The translations under genes were made by a program, and so were the position numbers. Shown in pieces: positions 45,734 to 56,279 of a DNA stretch of 64,000 nucleotides. Within the stretch, counting starts at the first letter, position 1; the number at the start of each line of letters is the position of its first letter. Origin of the DNA: Candidatus Omnitrophota bacterium (GTDB lineage: Bacteria; Omnitrophota; Gorgyraeia; Duberdicusellales; 4484-171). Location: positions 9,449 to 73,448 of the forward strand of contig PMCS01000005.1 of assembly GCA_003154195.1 (NCBI GenBank). Reading direction: 5' to 3'. The notes beneath the pieces are model-generated. The model made no database searches and was not told the origin of the DNA. It saw only the letters and a list, made by a program, of their open reading frames with translations.

Positions 45734-46717
45734 CTAAAACCCGCTTACCTTAAGATACTTGCCATACCATTCGATTGTTCTTTTCAAGCCGTCGTTTAAA
45801 CTATACCGCGGTTCCCACTTTAAAACGTTTCTCGCTTTCCCGGATGACAGGTACTGATGCTTTATTTCGTATCTTGCTTTACCCAGAATTTTATAAGCGG
45901 GAACCGTACCACAAGCGCGGTAAATGGTTTTTACCAAATCGATTACGGTAAGGGGATTCTCATCGCTGAAGTTAAACGCCTCGCCGGCCAACCTTTTTAT
46001 CCGCAACTGCTGCCCTAAAAGCAAATACCCTTCCACGATATCGTCGACGTAAATATAATCGCGGGTAAATTTACCGTCGCTGCGGATATTAAAAGTCTTG
46101 CCCAGGATAGCGCACCTCACCGCGTCCGGCACCACCCGGGAAAAATTAAAATCGCCCGGGCCGTAGATATTGCCGCACCGGGTAACCGCAGCCGGCACGC
46201 CATAGGTATTATAATACGCGCCGGCGATTAAATCCGCGCAGCTCTTAGACACATCATAAGGGTGATTGCCGGCCAAAGGAGCATTTTCTTTATAAGGAAG
46301 TTTTTTATGGCTTCCGTAAGCCTTATCGCTGGAAGCGACGACAAGCGCTTTTACTCCCGGCGTGCCCCTTGCCGCTTCAAGAATATTCCATGTCCCTTCG
46401 ATATTGGCGGAAAAACATTCCCGGGGGCTTTTAAGACAATCATTGACCAGCGCTTTAGCCGCGAGATGAAAAATAATCTCAATATTATCATTCGTCATAA
46501 CCTTTTTCATAAACGCGAAGTCGGCAACGCTCCCTTGATAAACCTTGATCATCCGTAAATCGCCGGCGGAAAGGATTGTTTCTTTGCGATGCGTTAAAAT
46601 ATCCACGCCGGCCACGCGCGCGCCGCCGGCGATAAGCGCTTTCGTCAGGTGAGAGCCCAAAAAACCTTCATAACCGGTTATTAAAACATTTTTATTGCGC
46701 CAAAATCTTTTATCCAT
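45734..46717 (-). CDS. rfbG: CDP-glucose 4,6-dehydratase-like protein
   Basis: FWRNKNVLITG..GFLG, SSDKAY, PYDVSK, GPGD. Confidence 0.8.
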   Translation of the reverse strand: MDKRFWRNKNVLITGYEGFLGSHLTKALIAGGARVAGVDILTHRKETILSAGDLRMIKVYQGSVADFAFMKKVMTNDNIEIIFHLAAKALVNDCLKSPRECFSANIEGTWNILEAARGTPGVKALVVASSDKAYGSHKKLPYKENAPLAGNHPYDVSKSCADLIAGAYYNTYGVPAAVTRCGNIYGPGDFNFSRVVPDAVRCAILGKTFNIRSDGKFTRDYIYVDDIVEGYLLLGQQLRIKRLAGEAFNFSDENPLTVIDLVKTIYRACGTVPAYKILGKARYEIKHQYLSSGKARNVLKWEPRYSLNDGLKRTIEWYGKYLKVSGF

Positions 46718-46762
46718 TATCATTCACCTCAAATGATATTTTACTGCCCGTTGACACTCTGG

Positions 46763-48520
46763 CTACCGCCGCTCAAGAACAACATAATCATCAATAAGAT
46801 GAACAGCTTTGTAATTACTAAAAATATACCGGTCGATGCCGGAATACAATTTAAGCGTATCTCGTATCTTAGCATCGTAGAAAAAAGGGTAAAAAAACAA
46901 CTCCGCGATGGATTTTCCCGTCATCCCCCATGCCATATTGGCAACGCCGTCATCCCATACGCCACGGCTTATTAAAATAACATAATGAGACGCATCTTTC
47001 AACTGCTCGATTTTTCTATTTATCTCTGCTTTCGTGCCGACGCCGGTAAGGCCGCAAAAATATTCGGGTACATATTTATCGCGAAGATATAAATAATCGG
47101 ATAGCTCCTCCGAAACAGTAAAAGGCGTTGCGACTTTTTTATATTTCTTAAGCACCTTGTCAAAATCCCGATAGGTGTCCGCCAGTTCTTTCATCGAATA
47201 CGCCTTTGATCTTAAATAATAGAAAATCGCCGGACGGCTATAATTAAGGCCGCTTTCCAGCATGGCGACGCAAAAAATTATGCCGAATGATAACGCGTAA
47301 ATCTGGAACGCTTTTCGCGATATATGGTAAACCATGATAAGCGCCGTCAAAAATAGTCCGGAGCCGTAGAAAAAAATATGGCCGGGGTCGCACCGGCCTA
47401 ACGCGGCCGGCATCAAGGAAAAACTCAAAAAAACCAGGGCGCAAGAAAAAATGTTTTTCCGGTATTTTATGAAATTAGACAGCTGTACCGCCACAACATA
47501 AAAAAGACTCGCCAGATATATTAAAATCGACGGCGAAGGAATGATAGGGAAAGCGCCTATGCCAGCTGCATGCGCTATCATTCGAGAAAAATAATTTGTT
47601 TTCGCAAAGGCAAAAAACAACAATGCGCCGGATACAATCAAAACGATAAGCGGATAAAGAAATTTTCGATCGCGAAAAAACGACAAGAGAACAAAATAAA
47701 AAACGAGGGAAACAAAGAATGCCGCGCCGATCTCCGGCGAGATTAGAATATTCAATAATCCTAAGACAAAGGCGTAAACCGCGATTACAGTTGTTTTCAA
47801 TTTATTTTTGTCGCCGGCGGCAATAAAACGGTCCAGAAAAACCAAGCTTGCGTAAGAAAATAAAAATCTAACAAACGTATACTGTATCCCCAAAGATAAG
47901 GGAAGCGCCGCTAAGGAAAATAAATAAAAGATAAGAGTTTTCTCTTTTTTTCCGGCGGCAAGGGCATTAACTAAGAAAAACAAGAGGTATAAACCAAAAA
48001 AACAAAACAGCAAATAAGCCAGATAACATGTTGTTTTTAAATCAACGCCGAATATTTTTAAAGCATTGAATAAATACGCGGGCGCATATAAAAAAATTGC
48101 GCCGTGCTCATATGTAAAATCGCGATAGGGAATGTAGTTGGCCAGCGTTAATCTAACGCGATCGAAAAGATAAGCCATTTCTCCATAACCTATCCTCCCG
48201 CCGGTTAAATAGTAGAGCAGCGCTACGCAGAAAAAATATATCAAGCCTATATATACAAAATGCCGAAAAGAAATATTCTCGCCGTGTTCGCCCGGCGTTA
48301 AAAGAACGGGCCGGTCTTTTATCTCAAACAAAAGCCAAACCACCAGCGTTATCAACAAAATAAATATTGCCGTGGAAAAAACTGCCGCCTGATTGTTGAA
48401 CCCATAGTCAAGAGCGTCGGAAACAACAATAGCAGACGGCGGGATATAACGAGGCAAGTTAAAAATAGCGACACATGCTAAAGCAATATATACCTCTAAA
48501 AACGCTATTTTTTTATACAT
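46763..48520 (-). CDS. Polytopic membrane protein (possible GT-C or polymerase)
   Basis: Many TM segments, PYRDF.Y..G motif; start uncertain. Confidence 0.65.
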   Translation of the reverse strand: MYKKIAFLEVYIALACVAIFNLPRYIPPSAIVVSDALDYGFNNQAAVFSTAIFILLITLVVWLLFEIKDRPVLLTPGEHGENISFRHFVYIGLIYFFCVALLYYLTGGRIGYGEMAYLFDRVRLTLANYIPYRDFTYEHGAIFLYAPAYLFNALKIFGVDLKTTCYLAYLLFCFFGLYLLFFLVNALAAGKKEKTLIFYLFSLAALPLSLGIQYTFVRFLFSYASLVFLDRFIAAGDKNKLKTTVIAVYAFVLGLLNILISPEIGAAFFVSLVFYFVLLSFFRDRKFLYPLIVLIVSGALLFFAFAKTNYFSRMIAHAAGIGAFPIIPSPSILIYLASLFYVVAVQLSNFIKYRKNIFSCALVFLSFSLMPAALGRCDPGHIFFYGSGLFLTALIMVYHISRKAFQIYALSFGIIFCVAMLESGLNYSRPAIFYYLRSKAYSMKELADTYRDFDKVLKKYKKVATPFTVSEELSDYLYLRDKYVPEYFCGLTGVGTKAEINRKIEQLKDASHYVILISRGVWDDGVANMAWGMTGKSIAELFFYPFFYDAKIRDTLKLYSGIDRYIFSNYKAVHLIDDYVVLERR

Positions 48521-48536
48521 AAGATACTGATGGCGC

Positions 48537-49874
48537 TCAAACTGTTTCGCAAAAACCGCGAAACAGTTTGCCGGCAAAAAAAGCATCAAAAACATCAACG
48601 ATATACTTCCTTTTCTCTCCCGTTATCCCGGGATAAACCCCGATCCAGAATAAATTATTCATTACTAAATCGGTATTATTTAATTTACCGGCGGCGCGGT
48701 ATTTTATATTTTGGTATGCCGGCTGCCGGAGCAAATTACCGCCAAAAAGCATGCGCGTGGCGATTTTATTGCTTTCTAAATAGCCGACGATATCGGCGCG
48801 GGAAAACGGCGCGGCCTCGCGCACCAGAATAGGAAAACCAAACCAGCTCGGCCCAGCTTCCTTAAGCCGGCGCGGTAAAATAAAATATTTTTCATACTTT
48901 TTTAAATGGATATATAAATAGGCGTAATTATTTTTTCGCGCGGCGATGAATTTTGGTAGTTTCTCAAGCTGGGCGCAGCCGATTGCCGCCTGCATATCGG
49001 TAACTTTTAAGTTATAGCCTATATGGGAATAAACATATTTATGGTCGTAGCCGTAAGGAAGACTGCCTAATTTTTGGGCGAAGCGCTTGCCGCAAGTATT
49101 GTCACAACCGGTTTCACACCAGCAATCCCTGCCCCAATCGCGAAAAGAAAGAATAATTTTACGCAATAGCGGATTGCTGGTTAATACCGCGCCGCCCTCT
49201 CCCATAGTTAAATGATGTGCCGGGAAAAAACTGCAGGTAGAAATATCCCCAAAAGCCCCCGTATATCTTCCCCGGTATTTTGAGCCGAGACTGTCGGAAT
49301 TATCCTCGATCAACCATATTTTATATTTCTTTGCGATTTTCTTAACCGCGGTTAAATCGAAAGGATTGCCTAATGTATGCGCTAAAAAAATAGCTCTTGT
49401 TTTCTTGCTTATTGCCGCCTCTATCTTTGCCGCATCGGTATTATACGTTCCCAGCTCAATATCAACAAAAACAGGAATCAGGTTATTTTGCAATATCGGA
49501 TTTAAAGTCGTGGGAAAACCGCAAGCGGTAGTAATGACCTCGTCCCCAGGTTTAAGCTGCCTGCTTTTTAACAACGGTGATGTTAAAGCCGAAACCGCCA
49601 ATAAATTAGCGGAGGAACCGGAATTACACAGCAAGCAATATTCGACACCCAGGAAATTGCTGAGCTTTTTTTCAAATTCCCGCGCGTATCTGCCGGCAGT
49701 AAGCCAGAAGTCCAGAGACGAATCTACCAGGGCGGTTAACTCTTTTTTGTCGTAAACCCTGCCGGCGTAGTTGATGTAAGTTTTGCCGGGAATAAATTTT
49801 TCTTCGGGCTTGGCTGAATAATATTTTTTTACCAATTTTAGTATCTTCTCGCGAAAAATATTTTCTTGGTTCAT
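48537..49874 (-). CDS. rfbH: CDP-4-keto-6-deoxyglucose 3-dehydrase (RfbH/DdhC)
   Basis: DFWLTAG, NSGSSANL, SFFPAHH (His in place of Lys), RDWGRDCWC, YDHKY. Confidence 0.93.
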   Translation of the reverse strand: MNQENIFREKILKLVKKYYSAKPEEKFIPGKTYINYAGRVYDKKELTALVDSSLDFWLTAGRYAREFEKKLSNFLGVEYCLLCNSGSSANLLAVSALTSPLLKSRQLKPGDEVITTACGFPTTLNPILQNNLIPVFVDIELGTYNTDAAKIEAAISKKTRAIFLAHTLGNPFDLTAVKKIAKKYKIWLIEDNSDSLGSKYRGRYTGAFGDISTCSFFPAHHLTMGEGGAVLTSNPLLRKIILSFRDWGRDCWCETGCDNTCGKRFAQKLGSLPYGYDHKYVYSHIGYNLKVTDMQAAIGCAQLEKLPKFIAARKNNYAYLYIHLKKYEKYFILPRRLKEAGPSWFGFPILVREAAPFSRADIVGYLESNKIATRMLFGGNLLRQPAYQNIKYRAAGKLNNTDLVMNNLFWIGVYPGITGEKRKYIVDVFDAFFAGKLFRGFCETV

Positions 49875-49893
49875 AGAATTAATAAGGTAATAT

Positions 49894-50961
49894 TTACTCA
49901 AAAACAAAATCTGCCAAGGCTGCGCTAACTTCATCAAACCCTGCATCATTAACCTTGACAAGCTTATAGCCGTCTCGCAGCATAACGACCGATAGTTTAT
50001 CCCCCACTCGTTTTTTATCGTTCCTCATGGCACCGATAATCGCGTCCGCTTGAAGATATCCTGCCTTAACCTTAACAACTAACGCGGGACGCAACAACTC
50101 ATCCATTACAAACGTGTGAAATTTTTGAGACATAATTCCTCTTCGATAGGAGATAATGTTCGCCAGCATCATGCCGGCGACGACTGCTTGCCCATGCGGA
50201 ATTTCAAATCTTGAAACACTTTCAATCGCATGGCCAAAACAATGTCCATAATTTAAAAGGTTCCGTAAACCTGAATCGAATTCATCTCTTTCGATATAAC
50301 TTTTCTTGATTGCTAACGTTTTCTTAATCATAACCGCCATAACTTTATTGTCGCGTTTTATCATCTCAGGCAAACATTCTATCAAACCCCTAGTCGCCTT
50401 CTCGCCGCCCATAATATCAAGTTTAACCACTTCGCCTAACCCGCTGAAATAATCAATCTTTTTTTGCGTTGTCAAAAAGGAGATATCGATAAAAACTTCA
50501 ATCGGCGGATAAAATGTACCGACAATATTCTTAAAGCGCTTATAATTAAGGGAAGTTTTACCGCCGATGCAACTATCACACTGAGCCAAAAGAGTTGTCG
50601 GCAAAAATATCCATTCAATACCCCGGTATAGCGTCGAAGCGGCGAATCCGCTTATATCCTGCGCAATCCCACCGCCTATCGTAACCATGGTCATATTCCG
50701 CTTTGCCGACCGAGCGATCAAGGCATCATAAATACGCAAAACACTATCCAGGATTTTCTTATCCTCGCCAATCGACAGGACCATAACATCGCACCGCGGT
50801 AAACATTTTAAAACTGAATCCTTGTATAGCTTCCAAACAGCATTATCAACAATAAAAAAACTAGGCTGACGATTCCTAATAGTTTTTGATAAATACCCGG
50901 CCGCGCTGCCAAAATCAACTCTGTAATCACGAATATTCGAATGAATCGTAATCACAGACAT
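49894..50961 (-). CDS. 3-dehydroquinate-synthase-like sugar phosphate cyclase
   Basis: GGGIAQD, PTTLLAQCDSCIGGK, LNYGHCFGHAIE, PHG. Confidence 0.85.
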   Translation of the reverse strand: MSVITIHSNIRDYRVDFGSAAGYLSKTIRNRQPSFFIVDNAVWKLYKDSVLKCLPRCDVMVLSIGEDKKILDSVLRIYDALIARSAKRNMTMVTIGGGIAQDISGFAASTLYRGIEWIFLPTTLLAQCDSCIGGKTSLNYKRFKNIVGTFYPPIEVFIDISFLTTQKKIDYFSGLGEVVKLDIMGGEKATRGLIECLPEMIKRDNKVMAVMIKKTLAIKKSYIERDEFDSGLRNLLNYGHCFGHAIESVSRFEIPHGQAVVAGMMLANIISYRRGIMSQKFHTFVMDELLRPALVVKVKAGYLQADAIIGAMRNDKKRVGDKLSVVMLRDGYKLVKVNDAGFDEVSAALADFVFE

Positions 50962-51629
50962 ACAAATCCTCCATCGACCATGATGACTTGCCCTGTAATA
51001 TAGGTATTTTTTTCTGAAACTAAAAACCCGGCAACCTCAGCTATCTCAGCCGGCTCAGCCAAACGGCCGACCGGAATGGTCTTCCTGATCGCCTCTATCT
51101 CTTGTGATGAATTATTCTGCCTGGTCAATTCAGTATTCACATATCCCGGAGCCAAAGCATTGACTAAAACATTTTTTGCCGCTAACTCCACTGCCAATGT
51201 GCGCGTCAGCCCATTGATACCGGATTTAGTCATTGAATACGTGACACGGCGGGGCTTGGTGACCATACTCCAAATCGAACTAATATTTAAAATCCGCCCA
51301 TATCCGCGCCTAGCCATCGCCGGCGCCAGGCCACGGATTAATTCAAGCGGCGCCAGCAAATTGACTTGCATCATCCGGCTTATAGCTTTATCGCTTAATT
51401 CTTCGATGCCGCCAAGCACATTAATACCGGCATTATTGACTAAAATATCCACCGGCTTCTTTAAACCCGTCAAAAACTTCCTAATCGCACGCGTACTGGA
51501 AATATCGAGTTGTTGGTGGGTAGGCGCGAGAACGCAAATACCGTTTCGCGACAATCGTTGGGCAATAGCCGCGCCGATTCCGCGTGAAGCCCCTGTAATC
51601 AAAGCGACTCGTTTTATTTTTTTTTGCAT
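50952..51629 (-). CDS. SDR family oxidoreductase
   Basis: TGASRGIG, NNAG, YSMTK, PG. Confidence 0.9.
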   Translation of the reverse strand: MQKKIKRVALITGASRGIGAAIAQRLSRNGICVLAPTHQQLDISSTRAIRKFLTGLKKPVDILVNNAGINVLGGIEELSDKAISRMMQVNLLAPLELIRGLAPAMARRGYGRILNISSIWSMVTKPRRVTYSMTKSGINGLTRTLAVELAAKNVLVNALAPGYVNTELTRQNNSSQEIEAIRKTIPVGRLAEPAEIAEVAGFLVSEKNTYITGQVIMVDGGFVCL

Positions 51630-51657
51630 TCTCGCCTCCGCTCTATTTTGTAGGCCC

Positions 51658-52443
51658 CTATACATGGCTGAAGCGTTCTTCCAGCATTGCAATACGCTTC
51701 TCGTCTTCTTCCGCAATAGTCTTATAATAACTGCGTTTGTTCTTTAGCCATAACAATTCAAACCACACTGCTTTTAAAATACCCTTATCCGCGTCGGGAC
51801 CAAGCGCGCCGGGACAGTTAAAGCAGACTTTGCGCGTCTCATAGCGATCGGCCAATACGCCAAGATCGCGTAAAAACGGCAAAGAATCGACCGCAATCGC
51901 ACCGCCGACCACGCAAGTCAATCCTTTCGATTTTGCTTTTGTCAAAAGGGCTTTAGTATCGTTAAAAACACGCTCGCTATCGACAGCCTTACGGTCAAGA
52001 TTCATCGAACCGGTATAATCGACACGCCCCATGACTACCCCGCCAAGCATGGAAAACTCAGGGATATTCATCATCTCATCAAAATTTTTAGCCGCAGTCT
52101 CAGTCTCGATATTCACCAAAAAATCTACCCGCGCCTGCTCGTCTTCGGGAAAAACATTCGCTACTGCCCGCAAGTATTTACGCAATGAGAACGCCGTTTC
52201 TACCATAGGCGCCACCAAAACGTCCACGCCGATCGAACGCGCATCATACATATCCCGCAAAGCTTCGCAACCGCCGATTTTAAGCGTCACCTTAGCTCCC
52301 GCCGCCAGACAAATCTCCTTCAACCGCATCATTTCTTCAATGCGGGTACCTTCTGCTTCAAACTCAGCCTTTACGCCTTCTACGTGATACGTTGCGATCA
52401 ACTCCCGTAATGCAAGCACCATATCTTTTTCTGTCGCGTTCAT
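51658..52443 (-). CDS. HpcH/HpaI aldolase-citrate lyase family protein
   Basis: KAEFEAEG, KIGGCE, APMVET, NIET, GRVD. Confidence 0.8.
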   Translation of the reverse strand: MNATEKDMVLALRELIATYHVEGVKAEFEAEGTRIEEMMRLKEICLAAGAKVTLKIGGCEALRDMYDARSIGVDVLVAPMVETAFSLRKYLRAVANVFPEDEQARVDFLVNIETETAAKNFDEMMNIPEFSMLGGVVMGRVDYTGSMNLDRKAVDSERVFNDTKALLTKAKSKGLTCVVGGAIAVDSLPFLRDLGVLADRYETRKVCFNCPGALGPDADKGILKAVWFELLWLKNKRSYYKTIAEEDEKRIAMLEERFSHV

Positions 52444-52461
52444 AGTATCCTCCGGGCTACA

Positions 52462-53259
52462 TCAAATCAGCTCATCGATAGCCTTGCGATAACTTTGTTC
52501 AAGAGTATTCATTCTCGCCACATCGGTAGCTTGAATGCCATTATTAAAATTTAATTTATTTTTTATCCAAAGAAGTTCAAAACCAAGCGCCTTTAAAATG
52601 CCCTTTTCCGCATCGGTTTTAAAAGCTGCTCTAGCATCAAAACAAACCTTGCGGGTTTCATAAAAATCCAGGCACTCTATCGTTTTAAATAAAGAGATAT
52701 GCTGAGCCGAGACGCCGCCGCCGACATAGCACGCTAAATTCATTTTTTTGGCTAACGAACAAACACTGCCGACGATTTCATTCAATTCTTTGCTATCAAG
52801 ATAATCCTCCCCCCTACCCATTGAACTAAAAAGATCGTACCGTTCGATCACTATGCCCTTAAGCAGATGAATTTCGGGTATTGCCAGCATCGCTTTGAAA
52901 TTTTCAATCGCCGTAGCAGTTTCTATGTTGGTAAGTATGGCTAGATCTTTAATCTCTTCGGCTGAAAAAACTTTCGCCACAGCCTGCAAATATTTACGTA
53001 AAGCATACGCGGTTTCCACCATAGGCGCCACCAAGACATCCACGCCTACCACCTTTGATTCCAGTATATCCCGCAATGATTCGCAACCGCCGATTTTTAA
53101 GGCCACCTTCACCCCGGCGCTCATGCAGATCTCCTTTAAACGCAACAATTCTTCTAACCGGGTACCCTCAGCTTCAAATTCTGCCTTGACGCTGACTGCC
53201 CCATATTTGCCCTTCAATTCCTTTAACGACTCAACCATTTGAATTTCTAAATTATTCAT
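52462..53259 (-). CDS. HpcH/HpaI aldolase-citrate lyase family protein (paralog)
   Basis: Same motifs; ERYD in place of GRVD. Confidence 0.8.
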   Translation of the reverse strand: MNNLEIQMVESLKELKGKYGAVSVKAEFEAEGTRLEELLRLKEICMSAGVKVALKIGGCESLRDILESKVVGVDVLVAPMVETAYALRKYLQAVAKVFSAEEIKDLAILTNIETATAIENFKAMLAIPEIHLLKGIVIERYDLFSSMGRGEDYLDSKELNEIVGSVCSLAKKMNLACYVGGGVSAQHISLFKTIECLDFYETRKVCFDARAAFKTDAEKGILKALGFELLWIKNKLNFNNGIQATDVARMNTLEQSYRKAIDELI

Positions 53260-53308
53260 GACGATCTCCCTTTATCGGGCATCCCCGCACCATTGATTGC
53301 AACATTTT

Positions 53309-55111
53309 TTATCCTATGTTTCCCTGTATCTTATTCGACAAAAATTCTTTTCGTTCAAGAAACGGATACATATCATCCAAAGAACTCGACACTATCCTGC
53401 CATCGGAAAGCTTTTTAGAAGAAGTTTTTGGGCTAAAGATATATCCTGGAGTCAATACTATCTCACAAACCCCCGGCCCCTTTTCCGCTAAAAACATTGT
53501 GATAGTACGTTCCAGACCCTTATGAGAATGCAGCCGTAACGCACGAAGGCCATAGGCCTTTGCCACAGCAACAATATCCGGAAAACTGACGCCGGTCTTA
53601 GGGCAACAGGCTACGCGATTACCGTCAAAAAACGCGTCCTGAGTCTGTTGTATAGAGACATACCCCTGGTTGTTTAAAACAAATAATTTCAAGGGCAGTT
53701 TATGATGGACGATAGTCTGAAATTCCTGGATATTCATCTGTAGACTGCCGTCTCCGGCAAGGCAGATCACCCGCTTGCCTTTGCCGGAAAAACAGGCTCC
53801 TATAGCCGCAGGTAAATCATACCCCATAGAAGCGCAGCCTGAATTCCAAAATATTTTCTGCCCTTTTTTTACGATGCCGGCTTGAAAAAGAGTTATACAA
53901 GCGGTGCCGTTTCCGGCAACAACCACATCGTCGCGATCCAAGATACGAGTCAGCGTACGGGCAAAATAATACGGTTGTATAAATTTTTTTACCTTGGCAT
54001 AATCCGGCAAAACAACATCATAGTTGAGCTTACGTTTTATACACCAGCGTAACCATTTTTGACGGTCAATGACAGCCAGCGCGTTAAAGCCACGCTGAAG
54101 TTCATGTATAAACACCGCAGCATCACAATTAACAGCCATATCCGGTTTAACTGTGGGTTTTTGCAGTTCCGCCGCATCGACATCCACAATGACCTTAAAG
54201 GCTTCCTTAGCAAAAGAATCCCAGTTATAACTTATCTGCCGTATATTATTTCGTGTACCGATTTCTAAAACCACATCCGCGTTTTGCAGAGCAAAATTAC
54301 CGGCCCGGGTTCCCAGCGTGCCTATTCGTCCAATAAACAAAGGATCGTCGGAAGCCATAATATCAAAACCGTTAAACGTCGTCACAACCGGAACCTTTAA
54401 CTTTTTTATTAATTTATTAAAGGCATATACCGCACCGGCAAGCTTTATTCCATGCCCCGCTACGATCAAAGGCCGTTGAGCAAAGTTTAATTTTTTAACC
54501 ACAAAAGATATATCTTTTTCGCTTACGGTTAACTTCGTACTGTTTACCGCATCCACATATCCTTCGAGTTCTCGTTCATGAACCATCGCTGATTGAATAT
54601 TAAGCGGTACCTCAAGCCATACCGGCCCGGGCCGCCCGCTCATAGCCATAAAAAAAGCTTTTTCCAGATGAAACCTCACATCGCCGGGCTTTGAAATTAT
54701 TGCCGCGTACTTGATGACCGGGCGTACAATATCGACAATATTTATTTCCTGATCCCCTAACTGGCGCAAACCAAGCTCCCGACAAGATTCTATAGTAGTT
54801 TCCTGCTTAACCTGGCCGCTAATATATATTACCGGGATAGAATCAAGCCACTGGCCGATCACCCCGGTTAAACAATTTGTGCCGCCCGGGCCGCTGGTAA
54901 CAACTACCGCAGCCATTTTGTTACTGGCTCTAAAATATCCTTCAGCGGCAATCGCACAGGCCTGCTCATGATGGTTGCAAATATAACGCAGGCCCTTTTG
55001 CCTGCCAATAGAATCAACCAGATGCATAGCGCCGCCGCCGGATATCATAAAAACATCTTTTATCCCAAACTCGACCAACCGTTTTGTTATATAATCGGAA
55101 AGTTTAATCAT
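53309..55111 (-). CDS. Thiamine-pyrophosphate enzyme (acetolactate synthase/YerE-like)
   Basis: HHEQAC, TSGPG, SMGYDLP, GDGSLQMN, NN.GY. Confidence 0.9.
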   Translation of the reverse strand: MIKLSDYITKRLVEFGIKDVFMISGGGAMHLVDSIGRQKGLRYICNHHEQACAIAAEGYFRASNKMAAVVVTSGPGGTNCLTGVIGQWLDSIPVIYISGQVKQETTIESCRELGLRQLGDQEINIVDIVRPVIKYAAIISKPGDVRFHLEKAFFMAMSGRPGPVWLEVPLNIQSAMVHERELEGYVDAVNSTKLTVSEKDISFVVKKLNFAQRPLIVAGHGIKLAGAVYAFNKLIKKLKVPVVTTFNGFDIMASDDPLFIGRIGTLGTRAGNFALQNADVVLEIGTRNNIRQISYNWDSFAKEAFKVIVDVDAAELQKPTVKPDMAVNCDAAVFIHELQRGFNALAVIDRQKWLRWCIKRKLNYDVVLPDYAKVKKFIQPYYFARTLTRILDRDDVVVAGNGTACITLFQAGIVKKGQKIFWNSGCASMGYDLPAAIGACFSGKGKRVICLAGDGSLQMNIQEFQTIVHHKLPLKLFVLNNQGYVSIQQTQDAFFDGNRVACCPKTGVSFPDIVAVAKAYGLRALRLHSHKGLERTITMFLAEKGPGVCEIVLTPGYIFSPKTSSKKLSDGRIVSSSLDDMYPFLERKEFLSNKIQGNIG

Positions 55112-55159
55112 CGATTATTTATTTTCCATTAATTTTTCTATATAATAAAGCAAATGGTT

Positions 55160-56263
55160 TCATTTCAAAAGCGCACAAAATGTACGACAGACAAAATCAA
55201 CATCTTTTTCAGTGATATCCGCAGCTGAAGCCAGCGAAATACCTCTTTTCTCAACCTTTTCCGCCACGGGATTAGGGAAGCGCCGCGTATACATGGGGAA
55301 TGAACTCATCCGGGGAAAAGCAGGACGGCAATGTATATTATGCTCCCTGAAATGTTTTAATATTTCGTCACGTTGCACTGAAATACCATCCTCCAAAAGA
55401 ATCGAAGGATAGCAGTAATTACTTTTACAATCCTTTTTTTCTTTGATGATCTTTATCCCCGGCACATCCTTAAGCCGCGCGTAATACCACGAGAATATCT
55501 CTCGTTTCTTAGCGACTAATTCCTCGATACGCTCCACCTGCGCAAGAGCAAGCGCCGCAGTCAGGTTAGCAATCGTATATTGATACCCCAGCATATCCGA
55601 CCAAAAAACAGCTTTTGAATCTGTGCGGCCCATATTACTAAGCAGGACTGCTTTCTGATATAACTCTTTATTATTGGTGACGAAAATTCCGCCCTCGCCG
55701 CTGACCGCTATTTTTGCGCCCTGAAAGCTAAAACACCCGATATCGCCGAATGTCCCCGTCTTTTGCCCCTTAAACTCGGAACCCAAAGAAGGGGCCGCGT
55801 CCTCAATGACACGCAGATTATATTTTTTTGCTATATTCATAATTTCATCCATCTGTGCCGGATGGCCAAAACAATGCACCAGCATAATAGCCTTCGTCTT
55901 ATCTGTTATGGCTTTTTCTATCGCGCGCGGTTCTATGCACCATGAATCCGGATCGATATCGACAAACACCGGAACTGCGCCGGTATAAAGAATTGCATGA
56001 GCGGTAGCAACCCAGCTAAAATCAGTGCAGATAACCTCATCGCCCGGCTTTAACCCTATAGAGGCTGTAGCCAAATGAAGCGCCACCGTACAGCAATGTG
56101 TCGCGAGAGTGTACTGAACGCCCAAATACTCAGCAACCGCGCGCTCCAGTTTCTTTATATGCATATCAAATGTTTGATACCACCCGTTTTTAACTGCCTC
56201 GAGCACATAGTCAATTTCTTTTTGCGTTATCCATGGGCCCGCAAAACTTATTTTCTTGTTCAT
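55160..56263 (-). CDS. DegT/DnrJ/EryC1/StrS sugar aminotransferase
   Basis: EDAAPS, FSFQGAK, GEGG. Confidence 0.9.
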   Translation of the reverse strand: MNKKISFAGPWITQKEIDYVLEAVKNGWYQTFDMHIKKLERAVAEYLGVQYTLATHCCTVALHLATASIGLKPGDEVICTDFSWVATAHAILYTGAVPVFVDIDPDSWCIEPRAIEKAITDKTKAIMLVHCFGHPAQMDEIMNIAKKYNLRVIEDAAPSLGSEFKGQKTGTFGDIGCFSFQGAKIAVSGEGGIFVTNNKELYQKAVLLSNMGRTDSKAVFWSDMLGYQYTIANLTAALALAQVERIEELVAKKREIFSWYYARLKDVPGIKIIKEKKDCKSNYCYPSILLEDGISVQRDEILKHFREHNIHCRPAFPRMSSFPMYTRRFPNPVAEKVEKRGISLASAADITEKDVDFVCRTFCALLK

Positions 56264-56279
56264 ATACAATCCCCCTTTG

